The notes: generated by a model from the sequence alone, not told the origin. Positions 41,898-53,213 are shown, counted from the first letter of the stretch. The stretch is 64,000 nucleotides of DNA from Pelagomonas calceolata (GCA_918797485.1 CAKKNE010000006.1:1302001-1366000); one strand, 5' to 3'. Program-made: numbers and translations.

Positions 41898-44468
41898 TCA
41901 GCGGCGCACGAAGAGCGCGGGGTTCGCGGGCAGCGTCGCCGGCGGCGTCTCGAGGTCGATGTCCTTGACGTAGACCTCGGGCGCGATGCGCTCGGTCTGG
42001 TAGGCCTCGCGGTACTTGGAGACGATGTAGGCACCCGTGGCAGCGCCTAGCAATGAGGCGCCGGCGACGATGGCTGCGACGATCGGCAGCCCCGCGGTCT
42101 TCGGCTCGGCGTCGCTGTCGGCGGACGTCTCTTGGTCCTCCTCGACGGGGTCGGCTTCGATAGTAGCGCCCTTGAGGAAATTGAAGGTGGCTCCGATATC
42201 GACGCTTGCGTCAGCGAACAACGGCTCGGCCTGGAGGATCTCGAGGAAGTAAGCGTCCGCCGTGGCCGTGGCGAGCGACGTAGTGACCGAGTCGAGATAG
42301 TCCTTTTCGAAGGCCTCGACGGAGCCCAGCTCGTCGGTGACGATCTTGGTGATCGTGAGCGTGTATTCGACGATGGCCGAGGTCGAGTCAGAAGTAGCGA
42401 GGCGCCGGCGCTCCGTGGCCTTGGCGTGAAGCTCCGTGATCTGATCCGTGGAAACGACGTCGTCGACGGCCGCGACGATGGCCTTCTTGAACTGGCTCTG
42501 CGCGCCCGCGTCGGCGTTGAACGCATCTGCATCGACCCCGTCCAAAACAACAGCGGCCTGGATAGAAACCTCGACGAGCTGCCCCGGCGTCGAGCGCGTG
42601 TCGATATACACGATGGAAATGCCGTCCAAGGCTTCCGGAGACACGCCGGCGAGCAGTAAGCGGAAATAGAGGCTGCCGCTGGCCACGTCGTCCTCGAGCG
42701 CCAGGACGATGTCGTTCGCGGCCTCCTCGCCGCAGCCAGACACCTCCACGGAATAGACCGCGGATCCCTCGTCGTCGCGGGCGACGCTCGTGACACGGAC
42801 CTGAGACTCATCAACAGTGCCGACCGCTTCCGCTACGACCGTGACAATGGCGGCGGTGGTAGCGTCGCTGATCGGGAGGCCCGTCAGAGCCAGAGTAGCA
42901 TCGACCGCGGCATCGCCTTCCACGCAATGAGTGGGCGACGTCGTGCCGAGGTCCAGCACCGTCTCGTCCTCGCCGGCGGCGTCCATGGTCATGGGCATGG
43001 AGGTGCGCTCCGCCAGCACCCGGCGGCCCGTGGCCACGTGGTGATACGCGACCGCCATCACAAGCGAGATCGACGCGGTTTCGCCCTCGGCAGGTCTCAG
43101 CTCGGGATCAATGAAGAACGTCAGGTAGTCGACGTAGTCGTCCGTGAGGTCCCCGTCGAGGTGGGCGTCGTTGAAAAACGCACCCGCGTAGGCTTCATCA
43201 GTAGAAGAGGAACCGTGCGAGCGGCCGGCCACGAGGACCGTAGAAACACCTTTGTCGTTGTTCGTGAGCGTAGCGGACTCGATGAAGGCGACGTAGTCAT
43301 CGGCGTCCTGCTTGGTGGAGTTGACCTTGATGCAGACGCGGCCGTTGGCGGCCAGCGATTCAGAGGCACTGACGTGCTCGTCGACATTGCAGGGCGTCGC
43401 CAGTTCGTTCGCCAGCTCGACGCGCCACGCGGCGACGCCAAGATCGAGATCCTCTTGAACCTCATTGATATCGTTGCTGTCATGCGTCGCATTAAGCACT
43501 ACCTTATCGACCACGTCTACGGTGTACGTGATCAAGTGGTTGGAGGACGCGAGCTCGCCGGCGCCGACGGGACCCACGCCCACCGTGACGGGTAACGAGA
43601 GCTTGACTTCCGTGCTCGTGGGCAAGGTAGTTTGGTCGGGGCATTGAGTCTGGAGTAGCTCCGGATCGATAGTGGCCGAAAACGTGGAGACCTGCTCACA
43701 CGACGGGGTCTGGCAATGGGCGTGGTCGAGCTGGAAAGGGACGCACTCCACGGCGACGGACACGATGCTCGTCTGGGCATCTTGCGAGGACGTAGTAGTA
43801 ATGGCCATCTTCAGTTCGACGAGCCCTGAGGGGAGGAAGATCGAGGACGCGTTGATCGAGGACTTGATGCCGCCGCCGAGCTGAAAGGCCGAGGGGCACG
43901 TGGCGTCGCCGAAGCACGAGTGGTTCTGGGTCGTGGCCAAGTTGTAGTCGCCGTCGTACGGAATCCTGCGCACGGCGCGAGCATCGTCACGGCGCGAGCA
44001 TCGTCTCAAGATTGCTCATGTGCTGCGCATGTGCTGCCATATGGTGGTGGGCTCTCCGGGGCAGCCCGCGGGCAAGCCGCGCGTCGCAGGGCCCACGGCC
44101 AAGCGCCGTGGCGTTGTCCGGTCCACTCGTAGGCCGGAGCGCAGCCGATGCGCAGCGCTGGCGGCTCCAGACTTGCTCAGTTTGCTCCAGATCGGGTTTT
44201 TTGAAGGCACGTTGAGTTTCGACGCCGTTTGCGCGCCAGCCCGGCACGGTCGGCGCGGCCGTCGGCGCCGCGGACGGCGACGCGCCCGGTGGCGGTGGCG
44301 GTGGGGCCCTGCGGGGACGCGGTGAGCGGCGCGGTGCGCGGCGCGCGACGCGCGGCCGACGTAGACGCGACGCGCGGCCGAAGTAGACGCCGGGGCGCAC
44401 AGATCGTCTCCAGCGGCGCCGTGCAGGGCGAGCGCGAGCGCCGTGATAAGGACTTGTTTCTTGATCAT
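41898..44468 (-). CDS. Type I membrane/secreted surface protein; predicted exons 44468-44401, 44308-44237 and 43965-41898
   Basis: Signal peptide MIKKQVLITALALALHGAAG. The GT-AG intron 44309-44400 (branch GCTCAC) joins frames exactly. The second intron, 43966-44236, requires a GC donor and is tentative. C-terminal TM LPIVAAIVAGASLLGAATGAYIV; RRxL motifs present. Confidence 0.65.
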
Positions 44469-44821
44469 CTTGGGAGACGACTTGTTTTTTGCCTGTGTAC
44501 GAGCATCGTTTGGCGCCGCGCTTGCTCTTGCGCGCGTTCGACAGTGTGTTAGAGGCGAGGGGGCTGCGATGCGGGGCGCGCGCAGCATTTTCTACGCTGG
44601 CTTCGCGCAATTTGGCGTGGTGGTCTTCTCTAACGATTGAGATCTCCGAAGTGAACATCTCAGTACCCTCGATTTTTTCGGAGGTAGTTCTCGCTCGCAC
44701 ACGCCAAGAGGTCCTCCCGGGACACTTTGAGAGCGATATGGCGGAGCGAGGGAGCTTTGATACTAGCCCAACCTACTAGCCCACCGCGGGATTCTTCTTA
44801 CAATTCTTAGCACATCCTAGC

Positions 44822-46114
44822 CTACGACTCAGACTTCGCGCGCTTGGCCGCCGGCTCGTCGGCGGCGTCGACGTCGACCGCATGCTTCTTCGCCTCCTCG
44901 TCGCGCTCGTCTTGCGTCTGGACTCCAGTGATCTCAACATCGCTCGGCAGCGTCTTGAACCGCGTCGGAGCTGACGCGGGGCCCTCGCCGACGTCGTTGA
45001 CCGACAGGACGTTGACCTCGTACTCGGTGTTCGGGGCCAAACCTCCGACGACACAGCTTTTCACCCTCGCTGAGTCCAGTTGACAAGTCTTTTCGTTGAA
45101 ATTGGCGTCGGTCGTGCAAATGAGTCCGCCGTCGCCGTTGTAGTAGAGGACCGGACCCCCGGGGACGACGCGCATCACGACTTTCATTTTGGCCGGGAAA
45201 AAAACATCGGGAGGGCGCGTGAAATTGACGCGGACCCTATCTTCCCCAATCTCTGTTAGGGTAGGCGCACACGGTGCTTTCGGAAAGTGGTTGGCCAATC
45301 TCACAATCGTCGCATCCCCAAAACCCGACCAGGCTATTCCATTAGATGCCGCCACACTTATGTGGTACTCGACTTCACTGGCGGGTAAAGTCAACCGGAG
45401 GCTGCCTTGTCCGAACTCGTCGGCTTCTTCGCAGGTATTGAGCGGGCTCGACAGTCCCTTAACTAGAACGCCACTGAGGTGTTCCTGCTTTAATTTCATG
45501 TTCAGAACCGTGCCGCGTGTTGGCATACTTTCCGCCCGAACCGTATCGCCTACCTTGGCGCCCGCGGGAATCTGCAACTCCACGACGTAGGGTGAGTTGC
45601 CCTTACCTGGCAGCTCCGCCCTCTTACGCTGGGGCCGTTCGACGCGATAGATAGTTTTTTTTTCGCCCTCCTCGCCCTCCTCGACCTTCACGGAGGCTTT
45701 GGAGCTCAGGGCGGGCAGAGCAAATTCGACATGGACTTGGTCCTTCCCAACAGGCGTCACTTGTGGCGCGCACGGCTTCGCGGGGCGCGCGAGGTGGCAC
45801 GTGTTGCTGTGCGGACTTTCGGGCCCGCAGCCCATCTCGTTCGCGGCCCGATAACAAATCGTCGCGCTGACCTTGCCTTCGCCGAGTCCCTTGTCGACGA
45901 TGATCTTCTCCTTACGACGACCTACTTCCGGCATCTTGTTGGACGCACCGTCTGCAACAAAGCTTTTGGCGGCGGGACAATAGTAGAGTTTGGCGCCGCC
46001 CTCGACGTGGAGGTATATAGCGGCATTCACGGCAGTCTTCGGCGGCACGAATTCCACAACGAGGCCGCGCGCGCCGAACCTGAGCACCGGCGGCTCGGGC
46101 GGTTCTTGGGCCAT
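44822..46114 (-). CDS. Intracellular fibronectin type III repeat protein
   Basis: Fn3 signatures YRAANEMGCGPES, PCAPQVT...VHVEF, VAASNGIAWS and GLAPNTEYEVNVLSVNDVGEGPAS. C-terminal NLS-like PAAKRAK; no signal peptide. Confidence 0.75.
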   Translation of the reverse strand: MAQEPPEPPVLRFGARGLVVEFVPPKTAVNAAIYLHVEGGAKLYYCPAAKSFVADGASNKMPEVGRRKEKIIVDKGLGEGKVSATICYRAANEMGCGPESPHSNTCHLARPAKPCAPQVTPVGKDQVHVEFALPALSSKASVKVEEGEEGEKKTIYRVERPQRKRAELPGKGNSPYVVELQIPAGAKVGDTVRAESMPTRGTVLNMKLKQEHLSGVLVKGLSSPLNTCEEADEFGQGSLRLTLPASEVEYHISVAASNGIAWSGFGDATIVRLANHFPKAPCAPTLTEIGEDRVRVNFTRPPDVFFPAKMKVVMRVVPGGPVLYYNGDGGLICTTDANFNEKTCQLDSARVKSCVVGGLAPNTEYEVNVLSVNDVGEGPASAPTRFKTLPSDVEITGVQTQDERDEEAKKHAVDVDAADEPAAKRAKSES

Positions 46115-46285
46115 TGGCTTTTTGGGGAGTGTGACCTGAGCAGCAACTTTGCACAATGTCGTTGCGGAGCGGGGCTCCTGTCAGAGCTGCGATATGGGCC
46201 CGCAAAAGCGCCGCTGCTTGGCCGGTGCACGGGGGCAGCGCACGTACGCGTTAGCAAGAGAGCAAAAGACGACTTGCCCCAGAGT

Positions 46286-46310
46286 TGCTAGTGTCTTACA
46301 TGCCGCTAGC
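46286..46310 (-). repeat. Intergenic motif copy
   Basis: TGCTAGTGTCTTACATGCCGCTAGC is the exact reverse complement of 15845-15869. It lies ~170 bp upstream of ATG 46114. Confidence 0.88.
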
Positions 46311-46525
46311 GCGATTTCCTAAACGACGGCCAAACTTGAAATACCCGCACGCATCTTCGACGAGTCGGCTGGGACCAGTCGCGCCCGGGTAGCTTTCGTA
46401 TAGCTGCCACCGAATGCGGTCACGTGCGGGTGGCATGTTAGGAAACAAAAGTTCTTAGAAGTGGACCAGGACGTGTCCGAAGTGAGCCGGGAGAATCAGC
46501 CCCCGCCGGCGACCGGAGCCTTGCG

Positions 46526-47059
46526 CTATTTCGTCGGGGTTTGCTTCGGCGCCGGCACAATGTCGGCGAGGCCGTAGTCGACCGCTTCGGCGGGGGACAT
46601 GTACTTATCGCGCATCAGGTCCTTGTGCACCTTTGCCTTCGTCTGGTGCGTCAACTTGGCCAGCAGGTCGGACAAAGGCTCACCACATTTGGTTTCATAT
46701 CCGGCAGTTACCTCGTGATCTTCTAGAGTGGCTTTGTCAAGGAAGAGGAGTGTGCTCGGATGGACCACGCGGTGACCAGGCTCGCCCCCTGCGAGGATCA
46801 GTACGGCGGCCGACTCGCAATAACCGAGCGCGGAAGTGTACACCGGCGGCGTGATGGAGGCCATCACGTCAATGACGGCGCACGCGTGTCCGAACTTAAT
46901 ATCATTATGGGCGTTGATGAGAAGCAATTGGATGGGTGCTTCTGGATCCTGCGATTCTAACGTGACGAGGCGATCAATCAAAGACAATAGTTTGTCGTCA
47001 TCTAAGCTACCAACGATGTTTATCCGGCGTGTCGTCCATACCCGCTGGAGATCTGCCAT
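46526..47059 (-). CDS. ClpP-family protease subunit, likely catalytically inactive (ClpR-like)
   Basis: RRINIVG..DD, LESQDPEAPIQLLIN, AVIDVM..I.PPVYT.ALG...SAA.LILAGGEPGHR and RDKYMSPAEAVDYGLADIV. The catalytic His of MIHQP is replaced (LFLDKA). Confidence 0.75.
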   Translation of the reverse strand: MADLQRVWTTRRINIVGSLDDDKLLSLIDRLVTLESQDPEAPIQLLLINAHNDIKFGHACAVIDVMASITPPVYTSALGYCESAAVLILAGGEPGHRVVHPSTLLFLDKATLEDHEVTAGYETKCGEPLSDLLAKLTHQTKAKVHKDLMRDKYMSPAEAVDYGLADIVPAPKQTPTK

Positions 47060-47304
47060 ATGGGTGCTGCGTGTAGCCGCGTTTGGTACAATGTGCTTAA
47101 CAGACCAGCTGCGGCAGTCGGGCGCTGCCGGGCAGCGTATGCGTACAGAGACGGCACCCAAAAGTGGTAGGCCACTGCACAAAATAATACCCGCACGCCA
47201 GATATAGGCAGCCCCGTGGGAGTGCGCAACAAGACAGCCGAAGGCAGGCTTCTGGCGAAAAAAGACCCACTCGTCCCTGAAACTGACAAACAATTAACTC
47301 ACAG

Positions 47305-50300
47305 CTAGTGCCCCGCCAACGAGTCGTAGAACAGCAAGTACGGCAGCATGGGCCCGGCGCGGCACCGCGCCACGACGTTCGCAAACGCCCCAACCGCGAC
47401 GGCCGAGCGCCGGTCGTGGTGCGTCCACGAGTCCGACCCGTCCCTCGCGCGCACGAACGCCGTGTAGTGCGCGTTCTGGTACACGGCCACCGCAAAGAGG
47501 TCCAATTTGCGCGGCTGTCTGTGCTTGGCGCGGCCCGACGCATCCTTTTTAGTAAAGGCCTTTCTCGCAGCCATCGGCGCGTCGCGCCACACGAGCTCGA
47601 GCAGCGCCGCGACGTCGTTGCCATCCTGATCCGTCGAGTACCACGCGAGGCTCAGCACGAGCACCTTGGCAGGTTGGTCGAGGACCACGTCGACTTCGCA
47701 CGCCGCCGGCGTGTGACACCTGTCGCACGACTTGGCCGCGTGCGCGTGCGCGTCGCGGAACACATTCGCGACGCAACCAGACACGTTCGCGAGGCGACCG
47801 GCGCCGCTGAGCGCGGCGTGCACCAGAGCGGCGGCCGGCGCCGACCGCGCCAGCTCGTCGAAGGCCACGTCGTCGCGGAAGTCGGCGTTGCGGTGGCCGC
47901 ACTTTTTGCAGGCTTGCTGGTGGATGTGACCCTTGGTGCGTAGCGCTAAGGCGGAGTTGCGGCACTTCTTCGCCGAGGTCAGGACGGAAACGACCTCTCC
48001 CAACACCTCGGCCACGTCGAGGTGCGCGCCGCCCGTCGCCAGCTCGCTCCGGACGCCCTCGCCGTCCTCGTCGTTGCCCCGCGCGGCCAGCGCCGCGCGG
48101 AGACCGTCGACCGCCGCGTCGACCTCGGCATCCGTGCCCCCGGCGCTCGCGCGGAACGCCGCGCCGAGGTACCGCAGCGCGTCCGACTGCGCGGCCTCGG
48201 CCTCGGCGCCATTGCCGAGCGCGCGGCGGAACGTGGGGCACTGCGACAGCACGGCCACGATGGCATCAAGCGAGCAGTTCGACCGCCGCTCCACGTCCAC
48301 GAGGCCCTCGGGCACCACGAAGTCGTCGTCCGAATCGACCGGTGCGGGCCGGAGCGGCGCCGCGTCCGGCGTCGACCACGCGGCCGGCGGCGGTGGCGGT
48401 GGCGGCGCGACCGCGCCCCAGGCCGGCACGGGCGCAGCCGGGGGCGGCGCCGGCTCCATCGGACTCCAGGCCGGCGCCGCGGGAGGTGGCGGCGGCGCCG
48501 AGGCCGGCGGCTCGATGGCGCCCCACGCCGGCGCAACGGGCGGCGGCGGCGGCGCCGGGTTCCACGCTGTCGCCAGCGGCCCGCCCCACGCCGGCGCGGC
48601 CGGCGCGGCGGTCGGCGCGGCCCACGGCGCGGCCGGCGGCGGCAGCGCCACGGGCGGCGGCGCCAGTGGCGCCAGTGGCGGCGCCAGTGGCGACCGCGGC
48701 GGCGCCACGGGCGACGGCGGCGGCCTGGCGGGCGGCGCGGCCACGCGGCCGAGGAGCGAGCCCCTCTCCAGGCCCCGGAGGATGTAGGCCGACGGGTCGC
48801 GAATGTCTCGGAAGTCTAGGGTCGCCAACGCGCGTGCCAGGTCGCGCTGCGTCGGCTCATCGAGGGCCCGGAGCTCCTTGACGCAGCTCCGCGACAGGTC
48901 GACGGCGAGGCCGTGAATCGCGTTGACGAGATCCGGCTCCATGAACGACATGCTCTCGCGCAGCAGGATATCACAAGTCTTCTCCCTCGCAAAAGCCCGG
49001 GCGATGAAATCATCGAGGTCGACGATGTCGTCGAGGAGGCCCGGTTCGGCGAAGCGGTACGCGAGGTCCTCCTGCTGTAGCGAATCCAGCGTCGACAGGG
49101 ACCACACCGCCGCCGACGTCAGCGCGAGGCGGTCGGCCACGGGCCGCAGCGATGGGTCCAGGGCGGCGAGCTCCGACGCCGTCGCCGCGTACTGCTGGTC
49201 GTCGGCCCTCATGATCACGACTTCGAGGTCGACGGCGCTCGCGCCCGCGGCGACGCTGATCTCGAGGCGGCGCACGAGCCGCGCCTGGTGGTCCGGCGCG
49301 AGCGAGCGGAGCTTGTCCGCGGCCGCGCCGGCGACGCCCGTGGACGCGATGAACTCGTCCCTCCGTCGTCGCGGCGGCGAGGCCGGCGCGGCCGGCGGCG
49401 CGGCCGTGTCCTCGGCCGAGAGCTGCCGCGCGAGGGCGAGCGACGCGGCCTCGTCGTCGCGCGCGGCGGCGGCCGCGCGCGCCTCCTCGTCCGCCGCCGC
49501 GACCGCGGCCTCGAATTCGGCGGCCGCCCGGCGCTCGCGCCGCGACCGCACACCGGTCCAGTCGCCGTCGTCCGGCGCGGTCTCCTCGGCCGGCGGCGCC
49601 TCGTCGGCCGACGCCTCCTCGGACGGCTCGGTCTCGTCCGCGGCCCGCGCCGCCGCCTCGCGCGCCGCCGCCTCGCGCGCCGCCGCCTCGCGCGCCGCCG
49701 CCTCGCGCGCCGCCGCCTCGCGCGCCGCGGCTTCAGCAGCCTCGGCGGCCTCGGCGGCTTCGCGGGCCGCGCGCGCCGCCGCTTCCCGCGCCGGGCGCTC
49801 GGCCTCCTCGCGCGCCGCGGCCTCGCGCCGCCGGCGCTCGTCCTCGAGCTTCTTTTTTGCCTTTCTCTCCTTCTCCTCGCGCAGCTTTTTGGCTTTCTGT
49901 TGCTTCTTCTTGCCGGTTCCGGTCTTCGCGGCGGCGCTGTCGACGGCGAAGCTCTCGGTCGCCGCCGCGGCCGCCGCCGCGGCGTCCGCGCGCGGTGTTG
50001 GCGCGCGCGCCGCGGCGTCGTTCTTCGACGCGAGATCAAACACCGCCCCGACGCCGCTGAGGCCCGGCGGGAGCGTCTCGAGGTGGCGCGTCGCGAAGGC
50101 GTCGAGCTTGTACTTGCGCGACAGCGTCGCGGTGTCGGTGCTGTCGAGGCGCTTTACAATCTCGCCCGCCAGCACGTTTCCCGCGGCCGCCGCGACCTCG
50201 TAGCGCCGCGTCGCGGCGGCGTCAAATCTTTTCGTCCAGAGGAATGCGGCGTCCGCCAGCGTGTGCCGCGCCCGCCGCAGGCCGTCGGCGTCGTACTCCG

Positions 50301-53001
50301 CGCACGCGTAGACGTCCGCCCGCAGGACGAGCGCGACGATGTCCCGGCGCCCGGCCTCGTTGAGAAAGGTTTCGTAACATACCGCCGGCTCGCCGCGGAG
50401 CTTCACCCTTCTGAAGGGTTCCCCCTCCTCGGTCCGGTGGGGCTCGCCCGACGCGATCCAGTACGAGAAGACGAGGCGCGCCGCCAGCACGTGCGGGTGG
50501 TCCGACGCCTCGTCCGAGGGCCCCTCCATCACGTAGGTTACGAGATCATGCACATGATCCTTCAGACCGCGCCCGCTGGAGGCCTCGAGCGAGAAGCGCT
50601 TCAGCACCAGCATCTGCAGCGCGTCCGCGCACGCGCGCACATCGAGGGCCGGGCAGTGCTCGTCCAGAAAGCGCCGGCAGGCTGCGGACATACGACACAG
50701 GGTCGACAGCCGTATACGACTGAGCCCATCGAACATGTCCTTCCGCTGCGCGTCCATCTCCTTCATCTTCTTCGCGGTTCGTTTCGCCCGGAGGTGGCCG
50801 ACGAACTGGATCCAGGTCAAGTCCTCGCGCACCCGGGCGTCGCCCAAATCTTTCATGACGTTCAGCCTCTTGAGGTGGTCCCGCGGGATCGGTTCGCCCG
50901 CGACTAGGGCCGCGACGCACTCGTCGGCGAGGCGGGCAGCCCTGGACTCGAGCCAGAACCTTTGCTCCGGCGTGCGGGTGCCGGGCGCCGGGAGCGCCGC
51001 GACGACGACGTTGATCGCCACGCGCGCCACGGCCTTGCCGGGCGGCGCGCCGATCTTCTCGTCGACGCAAGAAAAAGACATCTTGCGTGGCTCCTCGCCG
51101 TTCACGGCAACGAGAATTACAGCACTGTACTTGGGTTGTATGGCAAAATCGAGCAATGCCATGCCTACTTCCTTCTCAATTTTGCTAGGGATCGTCGCCT
51201 GGCCCTTCGTAATATTTATCACAGAGCTCAATAGCTCAAATAGACTTTTCGGAAAGTAGTCCTTCCTCAGTACGACGTCGGCGAGCAGCATCGGCGCGCT
51301 GTCGGCGTCGCGCACGGACAACGTCACGCGCGGTTCCACGGCCTCCCGCGGAGAGCTAAAGTAGAGGACCGCGAACGGCGCCGTCTCGTCAATCGCGTCG
51401 CGCAGCTTCGCGTCGATGGCGTGGATAGGTTGTAGTTCGGGCACCTTAAATGTCCCGTTGCGCACCTCCTTTAGCAGGCTGACTCGCTCCGCCTGGCCGT
51501 GCCTCGTGTTGTCCGCCTCTTTGTCGCAGACGAGCCCCGCTACCGCGGTCCGCCTGAGCTGCTCCAGTAAGCGTTGTTGCTGTGCGCTGCCGCGCACCTC
51601 GGATGGATCGTCCTTTGAGAGCACGTACCTGGCGATGTTGACCAGCGGTGCGTCGAGCACGGCCCCGTCCATCGGCATGGCAACGTAATTTATGCCCGGG
51701 TCGACGATCGCGAGTAGGCAGCGCGGCGCCATGACGGCCTCGAGCTCATGTTGGTACGACACGCGGACCGTCAGCTGACTCGGCGGCCAGACCTCCACCT
51801 GTTCAGCCAAATAGAGCAGTGCCGGCTTCTTGTCGAAATCGGACGCGGGCCCCAAAGATTCGTGGTCGCACCACATTTCGACCGTGACGGGCTCGCTCGA
51901 CCGCAGAGCTATCATGTCATCCGCAATCTTCAAGGTCGAGTAGAGCTCCTCCTTCGCGGGCTCCGTTTCGATTAGCAGGTCCTCCAGCAGGGGCGCAATC
52001 GGCCGCAGGAGGCTGACGAGGGGCAGGGCACTGATCTCCTCGTCGCCCTCCCCGAGCACGATGATACGCACGTCGACCGTCTCGTGCCTCGTCGCCTCTA
52101 TTCGCCGCAGCGCGCGCTCGTGCCGCTTGAGCCAATCAAGGTGGGCCGTCGCGTCCGCAGCTTCGCGGTAGCCCGCCGCGCGCTGCGACGCGAGCAGCGC
52201 CTCTTGTTCCGCGATGCTGGCGGCCACCTTCGCGAGCCGCTCTTCGAGCCTGGCGTCCAAAGAATTGTCTTCGGCCTCGGTACTCGCGTCGTCGTCGCTG
52301 TCGCTCGCAGAGTCGTAGCGCGGCAGGTTTCTTAATTGATGATATAACTCGTCATAGCGCCTTGTCCACTCCTCTATTTTGGCCTCTGTCGCGGCGGCCG
52401 CCTCGTCGTCGCCCGCCTCGCGCTGCAATGCGAGCTGGGACTCCAGGTCTGCAATTAAGTCGCTCAACTTGTCGAGAACATTATCACATTCCTTCTCGTC
52501 CTCACTAATCGAATAAGCGCGGGCAATGCGCCCCTCGCTCTTCCGCGCGGGCGTGTCGGCGTCGCTGGAGGCGCTGGCGAAATAATCTTCTTCTCCGCAT
52601 AGGGCCGCTAGCAGTTCGACCCCGTCTTGCTCGTTCACGGAGGAAGCGCTGGCGAAGCTATCATCCTCGAAGGAGCCGGCCGAGGCCTCGATCGTGATGG
52701 CGTCGAATTTCTCCTCGCCGGCGGCCGTCATGCCTAGGCGCACTTCATAGCTCGCGTCGTCGCCGTCGGACGCGGCGACCGCCACTGCGGCGAGTTTCTC
52801 CTCGCCGGCGGCCGCGTCGGAGCTCGCCGCTGCGGCATCATCCATGCATCGCGAGTACTTCTCAATCAGCACGGCCTCGTCGCGGGCGTCCAGCCCCAGG
52901 CGCGCCGCGACCGCGCGGCGCAGCGCCCGGGGCGTGAGCGGGCCGGCGGCGCGGACTTCGGCCACCGTCGCGGCAGTCACGTCGCGTTCGTTCAACGGCA
53001 T
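47305..53001 (-). CDS. USP53/54-like (peptidase C19) domain protein, paralogue 1; DEK-C-like N-terminus, MIU-like motif, NURR/hnRNP-Q-like repeats, Pro/Trp-rich linker
   Basis: C-terminal domain with Cys box PEGLVDVERRSNCSL, two CxxC pairs, His box QNAHYTAF, WTHHD and V.VGAFANVV..C..GPMLPYLLFY. Likely ATG at 53001. Confidence 0.75.
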   Translation of the reverse strand: MPLNERDVTAATVAEVRAAGPLTPRALRRAVAARLGLDARDEAVLIEKYSRCMDDAAAASSDAAAGEEKLAAVAVAASDGDDASYEVRLGMTAAGEEKFDAITIEASAGSFEDDSFASASSVNEQDGVELLAALCGEEDYFASASSDADTPARKSEGRIARAYSISEDEKECDNVLDKLSDLIADLESQLALQREAGDDEAAAATEAKIEEWTRRYDELYHQLRNLPRYDSASDSDDDASTEAEDNSLDARLEERLAKVAASIAEQEALLASQRAAGYREAADATAHLDWLKRHERALRRIEATRHETVDVRIIVLGEGDEEISALPLVSLLRPIAPLLEDLLIETEPAKEELYSTLKIADDMIALRSSEPVTVEMWCDHESLGPASDFDKKPALLYLAEQVEVWPPSQLTVRVSYQHELEAVMAPRCLLAIVDPGINYVAMPMDGAVLDAPLVNIARYVLSKDDPSEVRGSAQQQRLLEQLRRTAVAGLVCDKEADNTRHGQAERVSLLKEVRNGTFKVPELQPIHAIDAKLRDAIDETAPFAVLYFSSPREAVEPRVTLSVRDADSAPMLLADVVLRKDYFPKSLFELLSSVINITKGQATIPSKIEKEVGMALLDFAIQPKYSAVILVAVNGEEPRKMSFSCVDEKIGAPPGKAVARVAINVVVAALPAPGTRTPEQRFWLESRAARLADECVAALVAGEPIPRDHLKRLNVMKDLGDARVREDLTWIQFVGHLRAKRTAKKMKEMDAQRKDMFDGLSRIRLSTLCRMSAACRRFLDEHCPALDVRACADALQMLVLKRFSLEASSGRGLKDHVHDLVTYVMEGPSDEASDHPHVLAARLVFSYWIASGEPHRTEEGEPFRRVKLRGEPAVCYETFLNEAGRRDIVALVLRADVYACAEYDADGLRRARHTLADAAFLWTKRFDAAATRRYEVAAAAGNVLAGEIVKRLDSTDTATLSRKYKLDAFATRHLETLPPGLSGVGAVFDLASKNDAAARAPTPRADAAAAAAAATESFAVDSAAAKTGTGKKKQQKAKKLREEKERKAKKKLEDERRRREAAAREEAERPAREAAARAAREAAEAAEAAEAAAREAAAREAAAREAAAREAAAREAAARAADETEPSEEASADEAPPAEETAPDDGDWTGVRSRRERRAAAEFEAAVAAADEEARAAAAARDDEAASLALARQLSAEDTAAPPAAPASPPRRRRDEFIASTGVAGAAADKLRSLAPDHQARLVRRLEISVAAGASAVDLEVVIMRADDQQYAATASELAALDPSLRPVADRLALTSAAVWSLSTLDSLQQEDLAYRFAEPGLLDDIVDLDDFIARAFAREKTCDILLRESMSFMEPDLVNAIHGLAVDLSRSCVKELRALDEPTQRDLARALATLDFRDIRDPSAYILRGLERGSLLGRVAAPPARPPPSPVAPPRSPLAPPLAPLAPPPVALPPPAAPWAAPTAAPAAPAWGGPLATAWNPAPPPPPVAPAWGAIEPPASAPPPPPAAPAWSPMEPAPPPAAPVPAWGAVAPPPPPPPAAWSTPDAAPLRPAPVDSDDDFVVPEGLVDVERRSNCSLDAIVAVLSQCPTFRRALGNGAEAEAAQSDALRYLGAAFRASAGGTDAEVDAAVDGLRAALAARGNDEDGEGVRSELATGGAHLDVAEVLGEVVSVLTSAKKCRNSALALRTKGHIHQQACKKCGHRNADFRDDVAFDELARSAPAAALVHAALSGAGRLANVSGCVANVFRDAHAHAAKSCDRCHTPAACEVDVVLDQPAKVLVLSLAWYSTDQDGNDVAALLELVWRDAPMAARKAFTKKDASGRAKHRQPRKLDLFAVAVYQNAHYTAFVRARDGSDSWTHHDRRSAVAVGAFANVVARCRAGPMLPYLLFYDSLAGH
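49646..49720 (-). repeat. 15-bp coding minisatellite x5 (REAAA)n
   Basis: CGCGCCGCCGCCTCG repeated five times on the plus strand. Confidence 0.9.
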
Positions 53002-53191
53002 CGCTGCTGGAAAGGGCCGCGCCGCGGCTCGAAGGCTCAGAGAGCTCAGAGGCTCAGGGGGCTCTCCTAGAGCAATCGATGCGTTTCGCTGCAGACTGCG
53101 AGCGCGCAGCAAATATAAATGGCTATTCCTGCAATCTATAGCAGCAGCGGTTCGCTGAGCGCCTGAAAACGCGTCCGCTTTTTTCTGGTCT

Positions 53192-53213
53192 CTAGTGTCT
53201 TACTGACGCTAGC
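53192..53213 (-). repeat. Intergenic motif copy (degenerate)
   Basis: CTAGTGTCTTACTGACGCTAGC, ~190 bp upstream of ATG 53001. Confidence 0.75.
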
